Below, piece after piece: positions 1-10,039 of a stretch of DNA of 64,000 nucleotides. A model generated the notes under the pieces. That model made no database searches. It was not told the DNA's origin and saw only the letters and a program-made list of their open reading frames with translations. The position numbers and the translations under genes were made by a program. Numbering within the stretch: position 1 is the first letter of the stretch; each line of letters starts with the position of its first letter. This stretch comes from Coraliomargarita sp. (GTDB lineage Bacteria > Verrucomicrobiota > Verrucomicrobiia > Opitutales > Coraliomargaritaceae), in the NCBI GenBank assembly GCA_965216325.1, contig OZ244160.1:2400001-2464000 (forward strand), read 5' to 3'.

Positions 1-3000
1 GGGCCGGTGATGGCTTGTGGACTTCGGAGTTAAACTGGAGCGGTAATGCGCTGCCTGCCAGCGGCGATACGATTGAGATCAGTAATGGTGACACGGTGGA
101 TATGCCTGCGGATGATTGGTCACTGGCAACAGGTGTGACGATCCATGTAACTGGTAACTCACAGATCGACAGTAGCATGGGTGCGGCGCGTTTGCACTCC
201 GGTATGGTCTTCAACTTTTCCGCAGGCAGTGGAATCGGTGGGCAGTGGATCCACTTCGAGAACTGCACATTCAACTTCGAAGATGGTGCGACGTTCACGC
301 CGGGAACCGTTCAGCACCGTTTCAACGCGACGTACGGAATTACCTTCTCCAGTACGGGCTTTACGACGCTGACGCCTGGTGAGTTGAAGGTCTGGGACAC
401 TGAAGATTGGTCGAATGTGACCTTCAATATCGAGCTGTCCGAGTATGATACGTCCAACGGATTGGTCGTCGAGTTGATCGATTTCGCGGGCCATGCGGAT
501 GTCTTCAACGGCAGTTTTAATCCCACGATCAATGTCGAGGCCGGTGACTCCGGGCTGACGGGCACGCTATCCTTCGATACTACGAACTCCAAGGTGATCT
601 ATACTTTTGATGGTGTCGTCATGCCGACGACCTACGAGATCACATTCATCAACGTGGATGACTCCGAAAGCACTGTGACGGTGAATGAGAATGAAGTGGC
701 AACACCACCTACAGGAGTGGATACCGCAGAACGAACCTTTACCAACTGGCCGACTGTTGTTCCGGCTACAGCAGATGCGACTTACACTGCGCTCTACACG
801 GTGAACCCAGCGGTCGCTGATGTTACCTGGGATGGCGGAGCAGGCGATGGACTTTGGACGTCGAATAACAACTGGAGTGGTGATGTAGCTCCTACAGACA
901 GTGACAGTGTATTTGTCGGGGCACCTGCCAGCGTGACTGGAGCAACGACTGATTTTGACAGCTTGGAGATTGGAGCTGGTGCGACTGTGCGTTTGGCGGA
1001 GTATTTTCCATACAGTCAAATCTTCGTCATTCATGGGGTTCTTGGTAGCGATAATCCATATACGGTGCTGCGTCCTTATTCATGCGACCTGAGTCTGTCG
1101 TCTTCCGGGAGTATTGGTGCCAATATTACTTGGATCGACCTTGGTTCGAATGCCCGTTTGCGCTTTGAAGATGGTGCCAGTTTTGCGTCGGCTGCGACAC
1201 TGCAACTCGGGGGTGCGACGACGTTTGACTTTGCCTTGTCCGAATCCGGATTTGAGACACTCGAGTTAGGAACTCTAGCAAATAACAATGGTGGCACTGT
1301 TGTTTGGGCCGACGTGACTTTCAATGTGGATGTGTCTGCCTACGATACCAGCAATGGTCTATCCATCGTGTTGATGGACTTTAATTCTCAAGGGGCGAAC
1401 TTCGACGGCAGCTTTGATCCTACGGTGAATATTATCGACGGTGGAACCGGGATTGGAGCGGTGCTAAGTTACAACGCGTCGACCTTTGAGTTGATCCTTA
1501 CGATTGATCCTGCGGGGAATGATAAGCCAGTCGCCTTGGACAAGTCCTATGAGTTCGATGGCAGCTCTGCGGTTGCAGTTGCGCTGACAGGCTCGGACAT
1601 CGACGGGGATACCTTGAGCTTCGAAGTGGTCAATGGGCCTGCGAACGGAGTGTTGTCAGGCACTCCACCCAATCTGACCTATGCTTTTAATGGGAGTAGC
1701 CCGGATCATGATTCGTTTACTTTCAGAGTGAATGACGGTGAGCTTGATTCCGATAATGTTGCGACGGCATCGATTGTATATACGCCGCATAGCACTCCGG
1801 AGCTTTGGGGCTGGTTGCAAACTCGTATCGAAAATGAGGATACATTAAACGCCGCTACGGTGACGACTTGGACAGAGCCGCATAGTGATGGATCGGGCGA
1901 TACGATTACGATTTCGCGTGTGACCTATGACTTGGGCGAGTTAGTTGGCACGCAGCATACCGCGACGCCGGTGATTGCGGCTTATTATGCGCGGCCTACC
2001 GGCGGCACGAATTTGCCCGGACTGTTGCAGAATCATGGTGGCGGCCAGCGTGCAGAGAGCGTGATTGCCAAATTCTGGGCGGAGCAGGGCTATGCTGCGA
2101 TTTGTATGAATTGGGGCGGGCTGAATCTGCAGGCTGCGAATCCCAATGAACCCGCGCCTGCTCAGGGGCAACTCCACCCAAATACCAATTGGGACGGTGT
2201 GGCTGGAGGTTTTTCACGTATTTCGACGGTGAATGAGCCGATTGCGAATCCGGTAACTGAGGCGATTTTCTGGGCTTCGGTCGACCCTGCGGTCTTCAGC
2301 GATGGTCAAACACTCTTTGATATTCCGCACCCTTTGAATAGTAGCTGGGTGCTCAATGGCTACGCGGCGCGTCGTGCGATTACTTTCCTACAAAGCCAGC
2401 CTGAGGTGAACGATGCCAAGATCGGTGTGCTCGGTTGGAGTATGGGTGGTCGCACAACGATGATGTCATCGACTGATCCGCGCATTACTGTGCTTGGACC
2501 GTCTGTTGGCGGCACGGGGTATTTGTTCGATGACTTCTGGGGGCTGCCGAATACGGCACGCAATGCATCCGGATGGCAAGATCGCGATCTGTTCGATCGC
2601 ACCGTCGATGATCAAAGTTACTGGCCGCATGTTTCGGCGCCGGTGCTGTTCTTGAATGCCTCGAATGATTTCAATGCACCGTTTGATTTGGCTACCAAGA
2701 CCTTGTCTATTCATGAAACTGAGTTAAATGACGTGTCGCCGACGAACATCTTGGTGGCCGATCCGCATTATAACCATCGTGTAACGGATCCGGCCTTGGC
2801 TGCACGCGTGGTGTGGATGCGTCATTATTTGCACGGAGACGTTCAGTATCCTGAGATTTCAGATGCAGAGCTAGCCTTGGTCACTGCAGATGGTGTTCCC
2901 TTGTTCAAAGTTTACCCGGATACGTCGACTTTGTATCCGATCGTGAGCGTCGACATTTATTATGGTTCGGATCGTGATTCACGGACGCGTTTCTGGCGGG

Positions 3001-4103
3001 ACGCAGGTGCGGTGGATAAAGGGACTCATTGGGAGGCCCCGTTGCCGATCTTTGATGCCGAAGAAATGCTGGTTGCGCATGCCGTCATTACCTATGATCT
3101 CGGTTTCAATCAAAACGTGCCGTTTGGCTTGCCAACCAATCTAATGACGGTCGCTTCGAAGGTGCATACTTACTACCCAACGGGAGTCGATAGCACTGGC
3201 TATACCTTCCCACAAGAGTTGGACACCGACGTTCATCAAATCCACTTGCACGATTCAGCAGCGCTGGTTGCGAATGGTCTTCGTGAAACGGCTGAAATCA
3301 GCGATGTGATTGATGATCCGTCCAGTAGTCGTGGCTTTAAAGACTGGTATATGATCAATGGTACGAATCCTGCGAATTGGCAGTTCTACACACGGAAGAT
3401 CAGTGATGTGTGCTATCAGGGTGGTGCGGGCGCGCAGTTGACTTTTGACCTGACTGCAGATGCTGCGAATACGCTTTGGATTAAGATCGTTGCAGATGGT
3501 TGGGATGAGAACGAATCGACTACGTATTATGCGTCGACCTCGGTGTCTGTTGGTTTGAATCAAATGAGTCTGTCGGTTTCGGATTTTAAGCGAGTCGACA
3601 ATACAGTGCTGAGTTCGTGGGAGCGTGCGAAGATTCTCGGGTTTGGCTCAGGGCAGGCGTTTAAGATCGATGCAACAAGCTGGTCGGGGACGATCCCTGA
3701 GTTCGCAGACATTGCATGGAGCGGTGGCGTTCGGACCCTGGAGGGGGGCGTATCCACCACATGGTTGGATAGCTATGGGCTACCGCGTAGTCATGATGCC
3801 TTGTTGCAAGATAGCGACAGTGATGGTCAGCGCAATGGTGACGAACATGAGGCTGGCACCAATCCGGTTGATTCCGGTTCCGTGTTTAAGGTCGAATCGT
3901 CAACTGTGGTCGGAGGTGATTTCCTGCTGAGATGGCAAGCGGTTGCGGGGAAGACCTATGCGGTGGACTATAAGGAAAATCTTATGGATGACGATTGGAC
4001 TGAGCTGGATTCAGGTATCAGTGGCATCGAACCCACGACACAGCTGGATATTGAGCTGGATTCAGAGCAAACGGCTTGTTTCTTCCGTGTGCGTGTGGAG
4101 TAG
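1..4103 (+). CDS. Large secreted multidomain alpha/beta-hydrolase (putative carbohydrate esterase), 5'-truncated by the window: two N-terminal beta-rich repeats, Ig/cadherin-like domain, esterase domain, putative carbohydrate-binding domain, verrucomicrobial C-terminal domain
   Basis: Frame is open upstream of nt 15 (AGDGLWTS matches the internal repeat GAGDGLWTSNNNWSG). Motifs HGGGQRA, nucleophile elbow GWSMGG, NDFN, PHYNHR; Ig-like DIDGDTLSF...DSFTFRVNDG; C-terminus DSDSDGQRNGDEHEAGTNP...FFRVRVE. Confidence 0.8.
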   Translation, partial: AGDGLWTSELNWSGNALPASGDTIEISNGDTVDMPADDWSLATGVTIHVTGNSQIDSSMGAARLHSGMVFNFSAGSGIGGQWIHFENCTFNFEDGATFTPGTVQHRFNATYGITFSSTGFTTLTPGELKVWDTEDWSNVTFNIELSEYDTSNGLVVELIDFAGHADVFNGSFNPTINVEAGDSGLTGTLSFDTTNSKVIYTFDGVVMPTTYEITFINVDDSESTVTVNENEVATPPTGVDTAERTFTNWPTVVPATADATYTALYTVNPAVADVTWDGGAGDGLWTSNNNWSGDVAPTDSDSVFVGAPASVTGATTDFDSLEIGAGATVRLAEYFPYSQIFVIHGVLGSDNPYTVLRPYSCDLSLSSSGSIGANITWIDLGSNARLRFEDGASFASAATLQLGGATTFDFALSESGFETLELGTLANNNGGTVVWADVTFNVDVSAYDTSNGLSIVLMDFNSQGANFDGSFDPTVNIIDGGTGIGAVLSYNASTFELILTIDPAGNDKPVALDKSYEFDGSSAVAVALTGSDIDGDTLSFEVVNGPANGVLSGTPPNLTYAFNGSSPDHDSFTFRVNDGELDSDNVATASIVYTPHSTPELWGWLQTRIENEDTLNAATVTTWTEPHSDGSGDTITISRVTYDLGELVGTQHTATPVIAAYYARPTGGTNLPGLLQNHGGGQRAESVIAKFWAEQGYAAICMNWGGLNLQAANPNEPAPAQGQLHPNTNWDGVAGGFSRISTVNEPIANPVTEAIFWASVDPAVFSDGQTLFDIPHPLNSSWVLNGYAARRAITFLQSQPEVNDAKIGVLGWSMGGRTTMMSSTDPRITVLGPSVGGTGYLFDDFWGLPNTARNASGWQDRDLFDRTVDDQSYWPHVSAPVLFLNASNDFNAPFDLATKTLSIHETELNDVSPTNILVADPHYNHRVTDPALAARVVWMRHYLHGDVQYPEISDAELALVTADGVPLFKVYPDTSTLYPIVSVDIYYGSDRDSRTRFWRDAGAVDKGTHWEAPLPIFDAEEMLVAHAVITYDLGFNQNVPFGLPTNLMTVASKVHTYYPTGVDSTGYTFPQELDTDVHQIHLHDSAALVANGLRETAEISDVIDDPSSSRGFKDWYMINGTNPANWQFYTRKISDVCYQGGAGAQLTFDLTADAANTLWIKIVADGWDENESTTYYASTSVSVGLNQMSLSVSDFKRVDNTVLSSWERAKILGFGSGQAFKIDATSWSGTIPEFADIAWSGGVRTLEGGVSTTWLDSYGLPRSHDALLQDSDSDGQRNGDEHEAGTNPVDSGSVFKVESSTVVGGDFLLRWQAVAGKTYAVDYKENLMDDDWTELDSGISGIEPTTQLDIELDSEQTACFFRVRVE

Positions 4104-4117
4104 GTGGTGTGGTTTAA

Positions 4118-4197
4118 GGTAGGGAGGTCTGCCTCAGACCTCCGTTGCGGCGTTGTCAGTGTTGTGGAGCGGAGGCATTGGGGCATGCCTCCCTACC
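4118..4197. repeat. REPIN (two inverted GTAG-type REPs), family A, copy 1
   Basis: GGTAG-GGAGGTCTG-CCT-CAGACCTCC ... GGAGGCAT-TGGGGC-ATGCCTCC-CTACC; flanks the RAYT gene. Confidence 0.9.
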
Positions 4198-4648
4198 TTT
4201 GAGGTTCCCATTGCCATTCCCAGTTTTCGGTATCCTTGCACAGACCTGCGCGTATCGGATTTTTGCGTATGTAGGTGGCTTTTTCGTCCCACGCATTCCG
4301 ACCACGTAAACGATGCTCGAAAAAGCCTTCTTGCCACTGAATCTTATGTTGTCGGGCGGTGAGGCGTTTCCAATTGGAGATCGATTGCTTCATCGAACTA
4401 AGCGGCTCGGGAAAACTCATAATCGCATGTAAATGATCCGGCATAAGCATCAGGAGATGCCCATACCAATCGCCTCGCTTATGCCCGAACTCAAATGAGT
4501 GTATTAACTTAGGTGCAATTGTTGGAAGTGTGAGCTGATCTGTGTGTCGTTGTTGGCAGCAAATGGTGAGAAAGAAACGTTCGTTCTCGGGGCGTATCCA
4601 ATTTGGCGTTTCATGGCGTAGCCATTTGCGACTCGGAAGCTCACTCAT
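4193..4648 (-). CDS. REP-associated tyrosine transposase (RAYT/TnpA-REP, HUH Y1 family)
   Basis: FFLTIC, MPDHLH (HUH), WQEGFFEHRLR and YIRKNP motifs; REPINs on both sides. Confidence 0.9.
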   Translation of the reverse strand: MSELPSRKWLRHETPNWIRPENERFFLTICCQQRHTDQLTLPTIAPKLIHSFEFGHKRGDWYGHLLMLMPDHLHAIMSFPEPLSSMKQSISNWKRLTARQHKIQWQEGFFEHRLRGRNAWDEKATYIRKNPIRAGLCKDTENWEWQWEPQR

Positions 4649-4695
4649 TACGAATAGCGTATTGATGCATTAGTATTCAGCAAATGCATTTTGCG

Positions 4696-4803
4696 GGTAG
4701 GGAGGTCTGCCCCAACTCGACCTGAGCTCGTCGCAGGTCAGACCTCCGGTGTACAGTGTTGTCAGTGTTGTTGAGCGGAGGCATGGTGGCATGCCTCCCT
4801 ACC
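4696..4803. repeat. REPIN family A, copy 2, with ~25-nt insertion in the left REP loop
   Basis: Same arms and GTTGTCAGTGTTGT spacer as copy 1; extra CAACTCGACCTGAGCTCGTCGCAGG at 4713-4737. Confidence 0.88.
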
Positions 4804-4812
4804 TCCTTGCGT

Positions 4813-5499
4813 TCAGTCTTCCTTCCTCTTGATGGGTAAGATGCCTGTTTTATAGGCTGTGGAAACGGCTGCGGGGGCATTGAGCACATTGAGTTTGTCG
4901 TAAACATGGCGGATGTGCGTCGAGACCGTGAAGAAGCTGATGCCCAGTTGCTCGGCGATTTCCTTCTTCACTAGGCCATCGCTGAGGAGCACGAGCACTT
5001 CCATCTCGCGGCTGGATAGAGTGGGCTGGTTGGCATCTTTAGTTGGAGCATTTTGTATCTGCTCCATGATGTATTTGGCCACCTTACTATCGAGGTGTGC
5101 ACCGCCATCGGCAACAGTATGAATGGCATCTTTGATTTGCTTTACGGTCGACGATTTCAGGAGGTAGCCTGTTGCTCCATTCTTAATCGCGGTGAGGACA
5201 TCGCTCTCTGCATCGGACTGGGTGATCACAATGATGGGTGTTTCGGGCAGGTATTCGCGAATCCACCGCATTGCTTCGAGGCCGGACATTTCGGGGAGAT
5301 TGAGATCCAGCAAAACGATATCGGGAGCGGCACCTTCAGACCCCTGTGCGGATTTCGGCTCCATCGCACGGAGTGCATGTTCGGCGGATCCAAAAATGCC
5401 GACGAGATTGATGTCGTCCTCAAACTCGAGGGCCATTTTGAGGACGTTGCGATACTCGGGATTATCTTCGACGACGATTACTTTGATGGGACTTGGCAT
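4813..5499 (-). CDS. NarL/FixJ-family response regulator (REC + LuxR HTH)
   Basis: VVEDN, DIVLLDLNLP, GYLLKS; LSSREMEVL...KEIAEQLGISFFTVSTHIRHVYDKL. Confidence 0.93.
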   Translation of the reverse strand: MPSPIKVIVVEDNPEYRNVLKMALEFEDDINLVGIFGSAEHALRAMEPKSAQGSEGAAPDIVLLDLNLPEMSGLEAMRWIREYLPETPIIVITQSDAESDVLTAIKNGATGYLLKSSTVKQIKDAIHTVADGGAHLDSKVAKYIMEQIQNAPTKDANQPTLSSREMEVLVLLSDGLVKKEIAEQLGISFFTVSTHIRHVYDKLNVLNAPAAVSTAYKTGILPIKRKED

Positions 5500-5502
5500 T
5501 GG

Positions 5503-7494
5503 CTAATGGGAGAGAAAAAAGAATCTACGGCGTTTTAAGTGCAGGCAGATTCGTGTGCCGCCTTCGGCCGGGTGGGTTAAGTGTATTTGGCCGCGCATAA
5601 TTTGAGCGCGGCGTTTCAATGAGGGGGGCATGTCTGCGTCTGCGGTGGCGGTATAGCCTTGCCCATTATCCTCAATGCAAAGCCGTATTTGCTGCGAGGT
5701 TGCAAGTAGCTCGACGCTGAATGCAGTTGCTCCGGAATGGCGACTAATGTTGGCCAAGCATTCTTTGTAGAAGAGGAAGAGGTCGTTACGGGTGCGTAGC
5801 TTGAGTTCCTGTAAGAAGGCCTCTCCCTCTATCTGGATGGTATAGTCCAGATCATGCATCATGCGTTTTGCGATTCGGTGCATGTCCTCGCGTAAGGTGC
5901 CCATGGGGTCGCGTGCGAGTTGTGAGTTGGCGCAATAGCGCACGGCGTCGCTAGTGCGCTCGGTGACTGTGCGCACTTCTGTGACGATGCGTTGCAGTTT
6001 GTCCTTTTCATCCACTGCATCGTGCGCGAGGTCACTCAGTAGGCCGATGGCATGAAGGTTGGCTCCTAACTCGTCGTGCAGGTCGGCGGCAAAGCGCTTG
6101 CGGATGCGGGCGATTTCGCGCATCGAGCGCATACGGCCGATGAGGTAAATAATGATGATGCCTGCTGCAAGCGTGGCAGCCAGGTAGACCATGAGACGGA
6201 GGTTGGCTTTTTGGCGAGCGTAGCCCTTGCTGATGGCCTCTAGAATCTGTGGGCGTTCAACGGCAAGCTCGTGGCGTTGAGCGAGCTGCTCCATCCAGAG
6301 GTTGAATGGCAAGATGTTGCCGTAGTAATTGCGTCCATCGGTGAGGGCTTCCAAGTTGTTACCGCTTCCTTTGAGTTCTGCTTCGATGTAAACTTCTTTA
6401 TCTAAGGCGACATTTTGGTTGCCGGATAGAACCTCGATTTCAGCTAGCCCAAGGATGCCCAATTGAGTGTCGCCCGTTTGGTAGGTGATGTCCGATTCGA
6501 GCACCGTGAATCTTAAATAGCGAAAGTGCCCTTCGGCGAATCGGAGCGGAAGGATCGGGCCGCTGTCGTAAATACTTTGGATCTGATAGTCGACCAGTAG
6601 TGTGGCATCTGAGAAATCGATCGTATTGGATCCTTCAATACGCAGATGTCTGGGCATCCCATAGTCATCCGGGTTGGTTTGGGGGATGCTGTCGCTTAGC
6701 TCGAGTCCATGCACGTTGATTTGGTTGATGAGTTGACTGCTCTCTAAATCAATTGTGAGGACGGGCTGCACGCCAACTTCGAAAAGGCAGACATATGGAA
6801 GGCTTTGCGCGCCTTTATAGTCGTCCATCAAGTAGGGGAGGAATCCGTCAACCAGATAGTCTTGATTATGGGCGACGTATTTGAACTCAGGGCCGGGGGA
6901 ACTCGACGATGCGGCGACGGATTGACCGAGCGCGAGATTGCGACCCGCGCCGATGAGCATGACTTCAGCCAGCTCAAACACGTAGACATTGTCCCATGCG
7001 CGAATGCCGAGCTCTGTGGCGACGATTCGCACCCAGGAAGCTTGCAGGTCTTTGGTGGGGATGACCAAAGGTGCGGTGCGTGGCAGCAGTTGATCCGCAG
7101 GGCTGAAGCTGGCGATGATTTGACCTTCGGCTGCCTCGCCTGTGCCTGCGATGATATGAAAGCTTTGTGGGAATGCATCGGCCTGAATGCCTTCCTGTGG
7201 ACTGCGGCGCAAAGTTGGGACTAGAACGACCTGATCGATTGCATGTTGCTGCTGCAGATCAATCTGAATCCATTCAGTGTTGTCTGGGCTGGTGTGTGAC
7301 TCGGAACGATAACCAATGGCCCCAGAATCACTGCGCATCGCTAGCGTGGGGAGTTGTGCTAACTCGGTATCGACTTCACTCAGGCGTGCCTCGAGCTTGG
7401 ATAGGCTCCAACGCTGATAGTCGACATCTCCATTGCTTTGCTGGAGAGCAAAGCTAAGGAGAGCAATCAGACTAAGGTGGCGCTTGAATGGCAT
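5503..7494 (-). CDS. Sensor histidine kinase (HisKA_3 type) with periplasmic discoidin/galactose-binding-like domains
   Basis: Signal peptide; EWIQIDL, ELAEV and LAEIEV discoidin-like motifs; one TM helix; H-box DLHDELGANL; N-box ECLANISRHS; EDNGQG. Confidence 0.88.
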   Translation of the reverse strand: MPFKRHLSLIALLSFALQQSNGDVDYQRWSLSKLEARLSEVDTELAQLPTLAMRSDSGAIGYRSESHTSPDNTEWIQIDLQQQHAIDQVVLVPTLRRSPQEGIQADAFPQSFHIIAGTGEAAEGQIIASFSPADQLLPRTAPLVIPTKDLQASWVRIVATELGIRAWDNVYVFELAEVMLIGAGRNLALGQSVAASSSSPGPEFKYVAHNQDYLVDGFLPYLMDDYKGAQSLPYVCLFEVGVQPVLTIDLESSQLINQINVHGLELSDSIPQTNPDDYGMPRHLRIEGSNTIDFSDATLLVDYQIQSIYDSGPILPLRFAEGHFRYLRFTVLESDITYQTGDTQLGILGLAEIEVLSGNQNVALDKEVYIEAELKGSGNNLEALTDGRNYYGNILPFNLWMEQLAQRHELAVERPQILEAISKGYARQKANLRLMVYLAATLAAGIIIIYLIGRMRSMREIARIRKRFAADLHDELGANLHAIGLLSDLAHDAVDEKDKLQRIVTEVRTVTERTSDAVRYCANSQLARDPMGTLREDMHRIAKRMMHDLDYTIQIEGEAFLQELKLRTRNDLFLFYKECLANISRHSGATAFSVELLATSQQIRLCIEDNGQGYTATADADMPPSLKRRAQIMRGQIHLTHPAEGGTRICLHLKRRRFFFLSH

Positions 7495-7545
7495 TCGTGT
7501 GAGTGGTCGAATATAGGGATAGGGGCTAGGAGCAGTCGAGATAAG

Positions 7546-7574
7546 AAAAAGGCCGCAGCCTTTCGGCTGCGGCC
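7546..7574 (-). terminator. Intrinsic terminator after PEP-CTERM gene
   Basis: GGCCGCAGCC-GAAA-GGCTGCGGCC followed by T5 on the minus strand. Confidence 0.8.
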
Positions 7575-7609
7575 CATCCCTATATTATATATCCCCTTAT
7601 AATGAAAAT

Positions 7610-8617
7610 TTAGCGACGGCGGCGCAGCATCACCGATCCGAGTGCAAGGAATCCACCGAGCAGAGCAAAGGAGGATGGCTCTGGAACGACGGTGATATTT
7701 TCGAGGGTGAGCACAGTGCCAAACCCATCTGCTGTGAACACGAAATTACCTGTTCCGTTGAGAACTTGAAGGTTTGCAAAGTCATCTTGATCCCAGCTGG
7801 AAAATTCTGTGTCAATCAATGTAATCGTGGTGCCGTTTGTGTTAACATCGTAATTCGCAACATCGACGTAGATGCTTTCGTTGAGAGCGGAGCCATCAAT
7901 ATTGTCGAATGAATTCGAGTTCAACACGCTAACACCGTCAGCATCTGCATTGAAGTTGAAGTTCAGATTACCAGTTCCGTTCATCGTGAAATTACCGAAG
8001 TCAAGTGACGCATCGGATCCGGTAATTGTGAAGTTGCTAGTGCCCCCACCTAGGAACCCTGTTTGAACTCTGACGCCGTTGCCGCCGCCATTATATTCAA
8101 CGCTGCCACCGGAGATATTGAATTCTGAATTACCACCCAGCTGGAAAAACGCCTGATTGCCTGAAGTTGTAGTCAACGTGCCGCTGCTAAGGTTTAATTT
8201 TGCAGATCCGGAACCAAATGCACCAAGATTATTTGCCCCAGACGTTTCATAGCGTCCGCCGTTGATGTTGAATGTGCCGGTTGCGTTGTCCGAGCCAGAG
8301 AGATTTGAACCAGCACTTGTTAATGTGCCACCAGAGAGGTTCAATGTGCCGCTCGATCCGGTGCCGACACCTATTGTCAGTGTGCCAGTTAGAGTGCTGT
8401 TTGCAGTGGTGGACGAATGTGTCACTACATCAGTCGTTCCTGCCTCACCAATTTCTACAGAAGCAGTCGGAGCAACATCCCAACCGGGGTTTCCTACATC
8501 ACTCCAGCTGCCTGTGCCGGAGTATCTGCTTACTTGCGCTTGCGCGATTGAACTAAAACCGACGAATCCTGCGAGTAGTGTAGACGCGGCAAGGAGTTTG
8601 CTAGGAGTATTTTGCAT
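7610..8617 (-). CDS. PEP-CTERM sorting domain protein, Gly/Ser/Thr-rich beta-repeat
   Basis: Signal peptide; C-terminus VPEPSSFALLGGFLALGSVMLRRRR. Confidence 0.92.
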   Translation of the reverse strand: MQNTPSKLLAASTLLAGFVGFSSIAQAQVSRYSGTGSWSDVGNPGWDVAPTASVEIGEAGTTDVVTHSSTTANSTLTGTLTIGVGTGSSGTLNLSGGTLTSAGSNLSGSDNATGTFNINGGRYETSGANNLGAFGSGSAKLNLSSGTLTTTSGNQAFFQLGGNSEFNISGGSVEYNGGGNGVRVQTGFLGGGTSNFTITGSDASLDFGNFTMNGTGNLNFNFNADADGVSVLNSNSFDNIDGSALNESIYVDVANYDVNTNGTTITLIDTEFSSWDQDDFANLQVLNGTGNFVFTADGFGTVLTLENITVVPEPSSFALLGGFLALGSVMLRRRR

Positions 8618-8720
8618 AATGTCTCGTATCTATGGGTTAGGAAGCCTTTTTGCTGGGGCAACTGAGTTGATGGGTAATTGATTTTGAGGCTGAGATTACA
8701 GGATGTGCTGTTTTTTGTCT

Positions 8721-8738
8721 ATCGCACGATTGTGCGAT
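8721..8738. promoter_or_regulatory. Palindromic operator box, copy 1
   Basis: ATCGCAC-GATT-GTGCGAT; 22 nt from TAATCT on the minus strand. Confidence 0.75.
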
Positions 8739-8765
8739 GGGTGTTTTTTTACATGTAAAGTCGCT

Positions 8766-9608
8766 TTAGAGACGTCGACGCCTCGACAAGGCTAGGCTGG
8801 CTGTTATGCCCGCGAAAATTAGAGCGTAAGTGTGTGGTTCAGGGATACCTACGGGAGCCCCTTTCTTACTTAAATTGGTGAGTGCAATCGCTGCTTGCCC
8901 CGAAACAGTGGTGTAGTGGTAGTCGATGTCGCCACTCCAACCTTCGCTGAGCTTAATCTCGCTAAAGCCGGTGCTTTGTGGTGGGTGTCGCAATTGTGTG
9001 AAGAGCACGAGGTCGGTGCCGTTTTCGAGCTGGTAGTGTTCCAAATCGACTTCGAGGCGGCCGCCACGAATAAAGGCCGAGTGGCTGACTTTGATGGGAC
9101 TGACTCCTGTTTGGTCGGCGATGAACTCGGTTGTGTGGTCCTGATTGTTGCCATTGTAGAATCCCGGGATAGCGACCTGTGCTCCTGCTTCTACAGTCAG
9201 GCGCATGGTGCCGCGACCTTCAGCAATCGTAAAGTTGCCTTGAGTTGCGAAGTCGAGCGTGCCGCCTTTGGCGACGATGAGGTGTCCGTTGTTGCTAATG
9301 CGCAGCACACCTTTGGAGTTGGCAGTGGAATCCATCCGTTGCCCATCGCCGATGATGAACGGTGCGTGCAGAGATGCATCGGTATGCTGGCCTGCTGGTT
9401 TGGATGGATCAGGCGCATGAAAACGGATTGAGTCGATACCGCTGCGTGGCGGGGTGTTATTGTTCCAGTTTTGGGCTTCTTCCCAGGATTGAGAGTAAGA
9501 GTGTGCGCCATTCCAGAGCGCAGTGCCGGCATGGGCCACAGAACAGAGGGTAGTCAATGCAAGTGTTGCTACCTTAAGTGAAGTAACATTGGAGAGGTGA
9601 CGATTCAT
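8766..9608 (-). CDS. PEP-CTERM sorting domain protein
   Basis: Signal peptide; C-terminus IPEPHTYALIFAGITASLALSRRRRL. Confidence 0.9.
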   Translation of the reverse strand: MNRHLSNVTSLKVATLALTTLCSVAHAGTALWNGAHSYSQSWEEAQNWNNNTPPRSGIDSIRFHAPDPSKPAGQHTDASLHAPFIIGDGQRMDSTANSKGVLRISNNGHLIVAKGGTLDFATQGNFTIAEGRGTMRLTVEAGAQVAIPGFYNGNNQDHTTEFIADQTGVSPIKVSHSAFIRGGRLEVDLEHYQLENGTDLVLFTQLRHPPQSTGFSEIKLSEGWSGDIDYHYTTVSGQAAIALTNLSKKGAPVGIPEPHTYALIFAGITASLALSRRRRL

Positions 9609-9714
9609 TGACAGAATGATAGCTGACAGGGAGGGGGTGTTTCAGTTCGTATCGGTAATACGGCTTCTATTGAGTTGTTATTTAAAGGTATAGCATGGCT
9701 CAAGTGGCTGGGAT

Positions 9715-9732
9715 ATCGCACATATGTGTGAT
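9715..9732. promoter_or_regulatory. Palindromic operator box, copy 2
   Basis: ATCGCAC-ATAT-GTGTGAT; 22 nt from TATACC (preceded by TGc) on the minus strand. Confidence 0.75.
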
Positions 9733-9853
9733 AACAGATGTATCAAATGGGGGATGCCGGAAATATCTGTGGATGATTTTGTGTAGTTGTCGGCGGATAA
9801 TCACGCAGATGGGCTGATGCTTATTTGTTGAGATCGGGAGTGTGTTGCGATCT

Positions 9854-9871
9854 ATCGCACATATGTGTGAT
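9854..9871. promoter_or_regulatory. Palindromic operator box, copy 3
   Basis: Identical to copy 2; 21 nt before TATGAT (9893-9898) on the plus strand. Confidence 0.75.
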
Positions 9872-10039
9872 GTGGCGATCTGTTCGGCCGTGTATGATCG
9901 TTCATCATTTCAATTGGGCCTATTAGTCGCGCCAGTCCGGATCGCGATCAATTGATCTAGGTCTAGTTTTCTCGAAAACGTCGCTTCGTTACTTGTCATC
10001 TGCTTACCCCTCTACTTTCTTTATTACTCCTGCTCCTCC

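Noticed and set aside
8721..8738. Operator box as a CRP site
   Set aside because: Half-sites are in the reverse order (TCGCA-N6-TGCGA) to the CRP consensus TGTGA-N6-TCACA.
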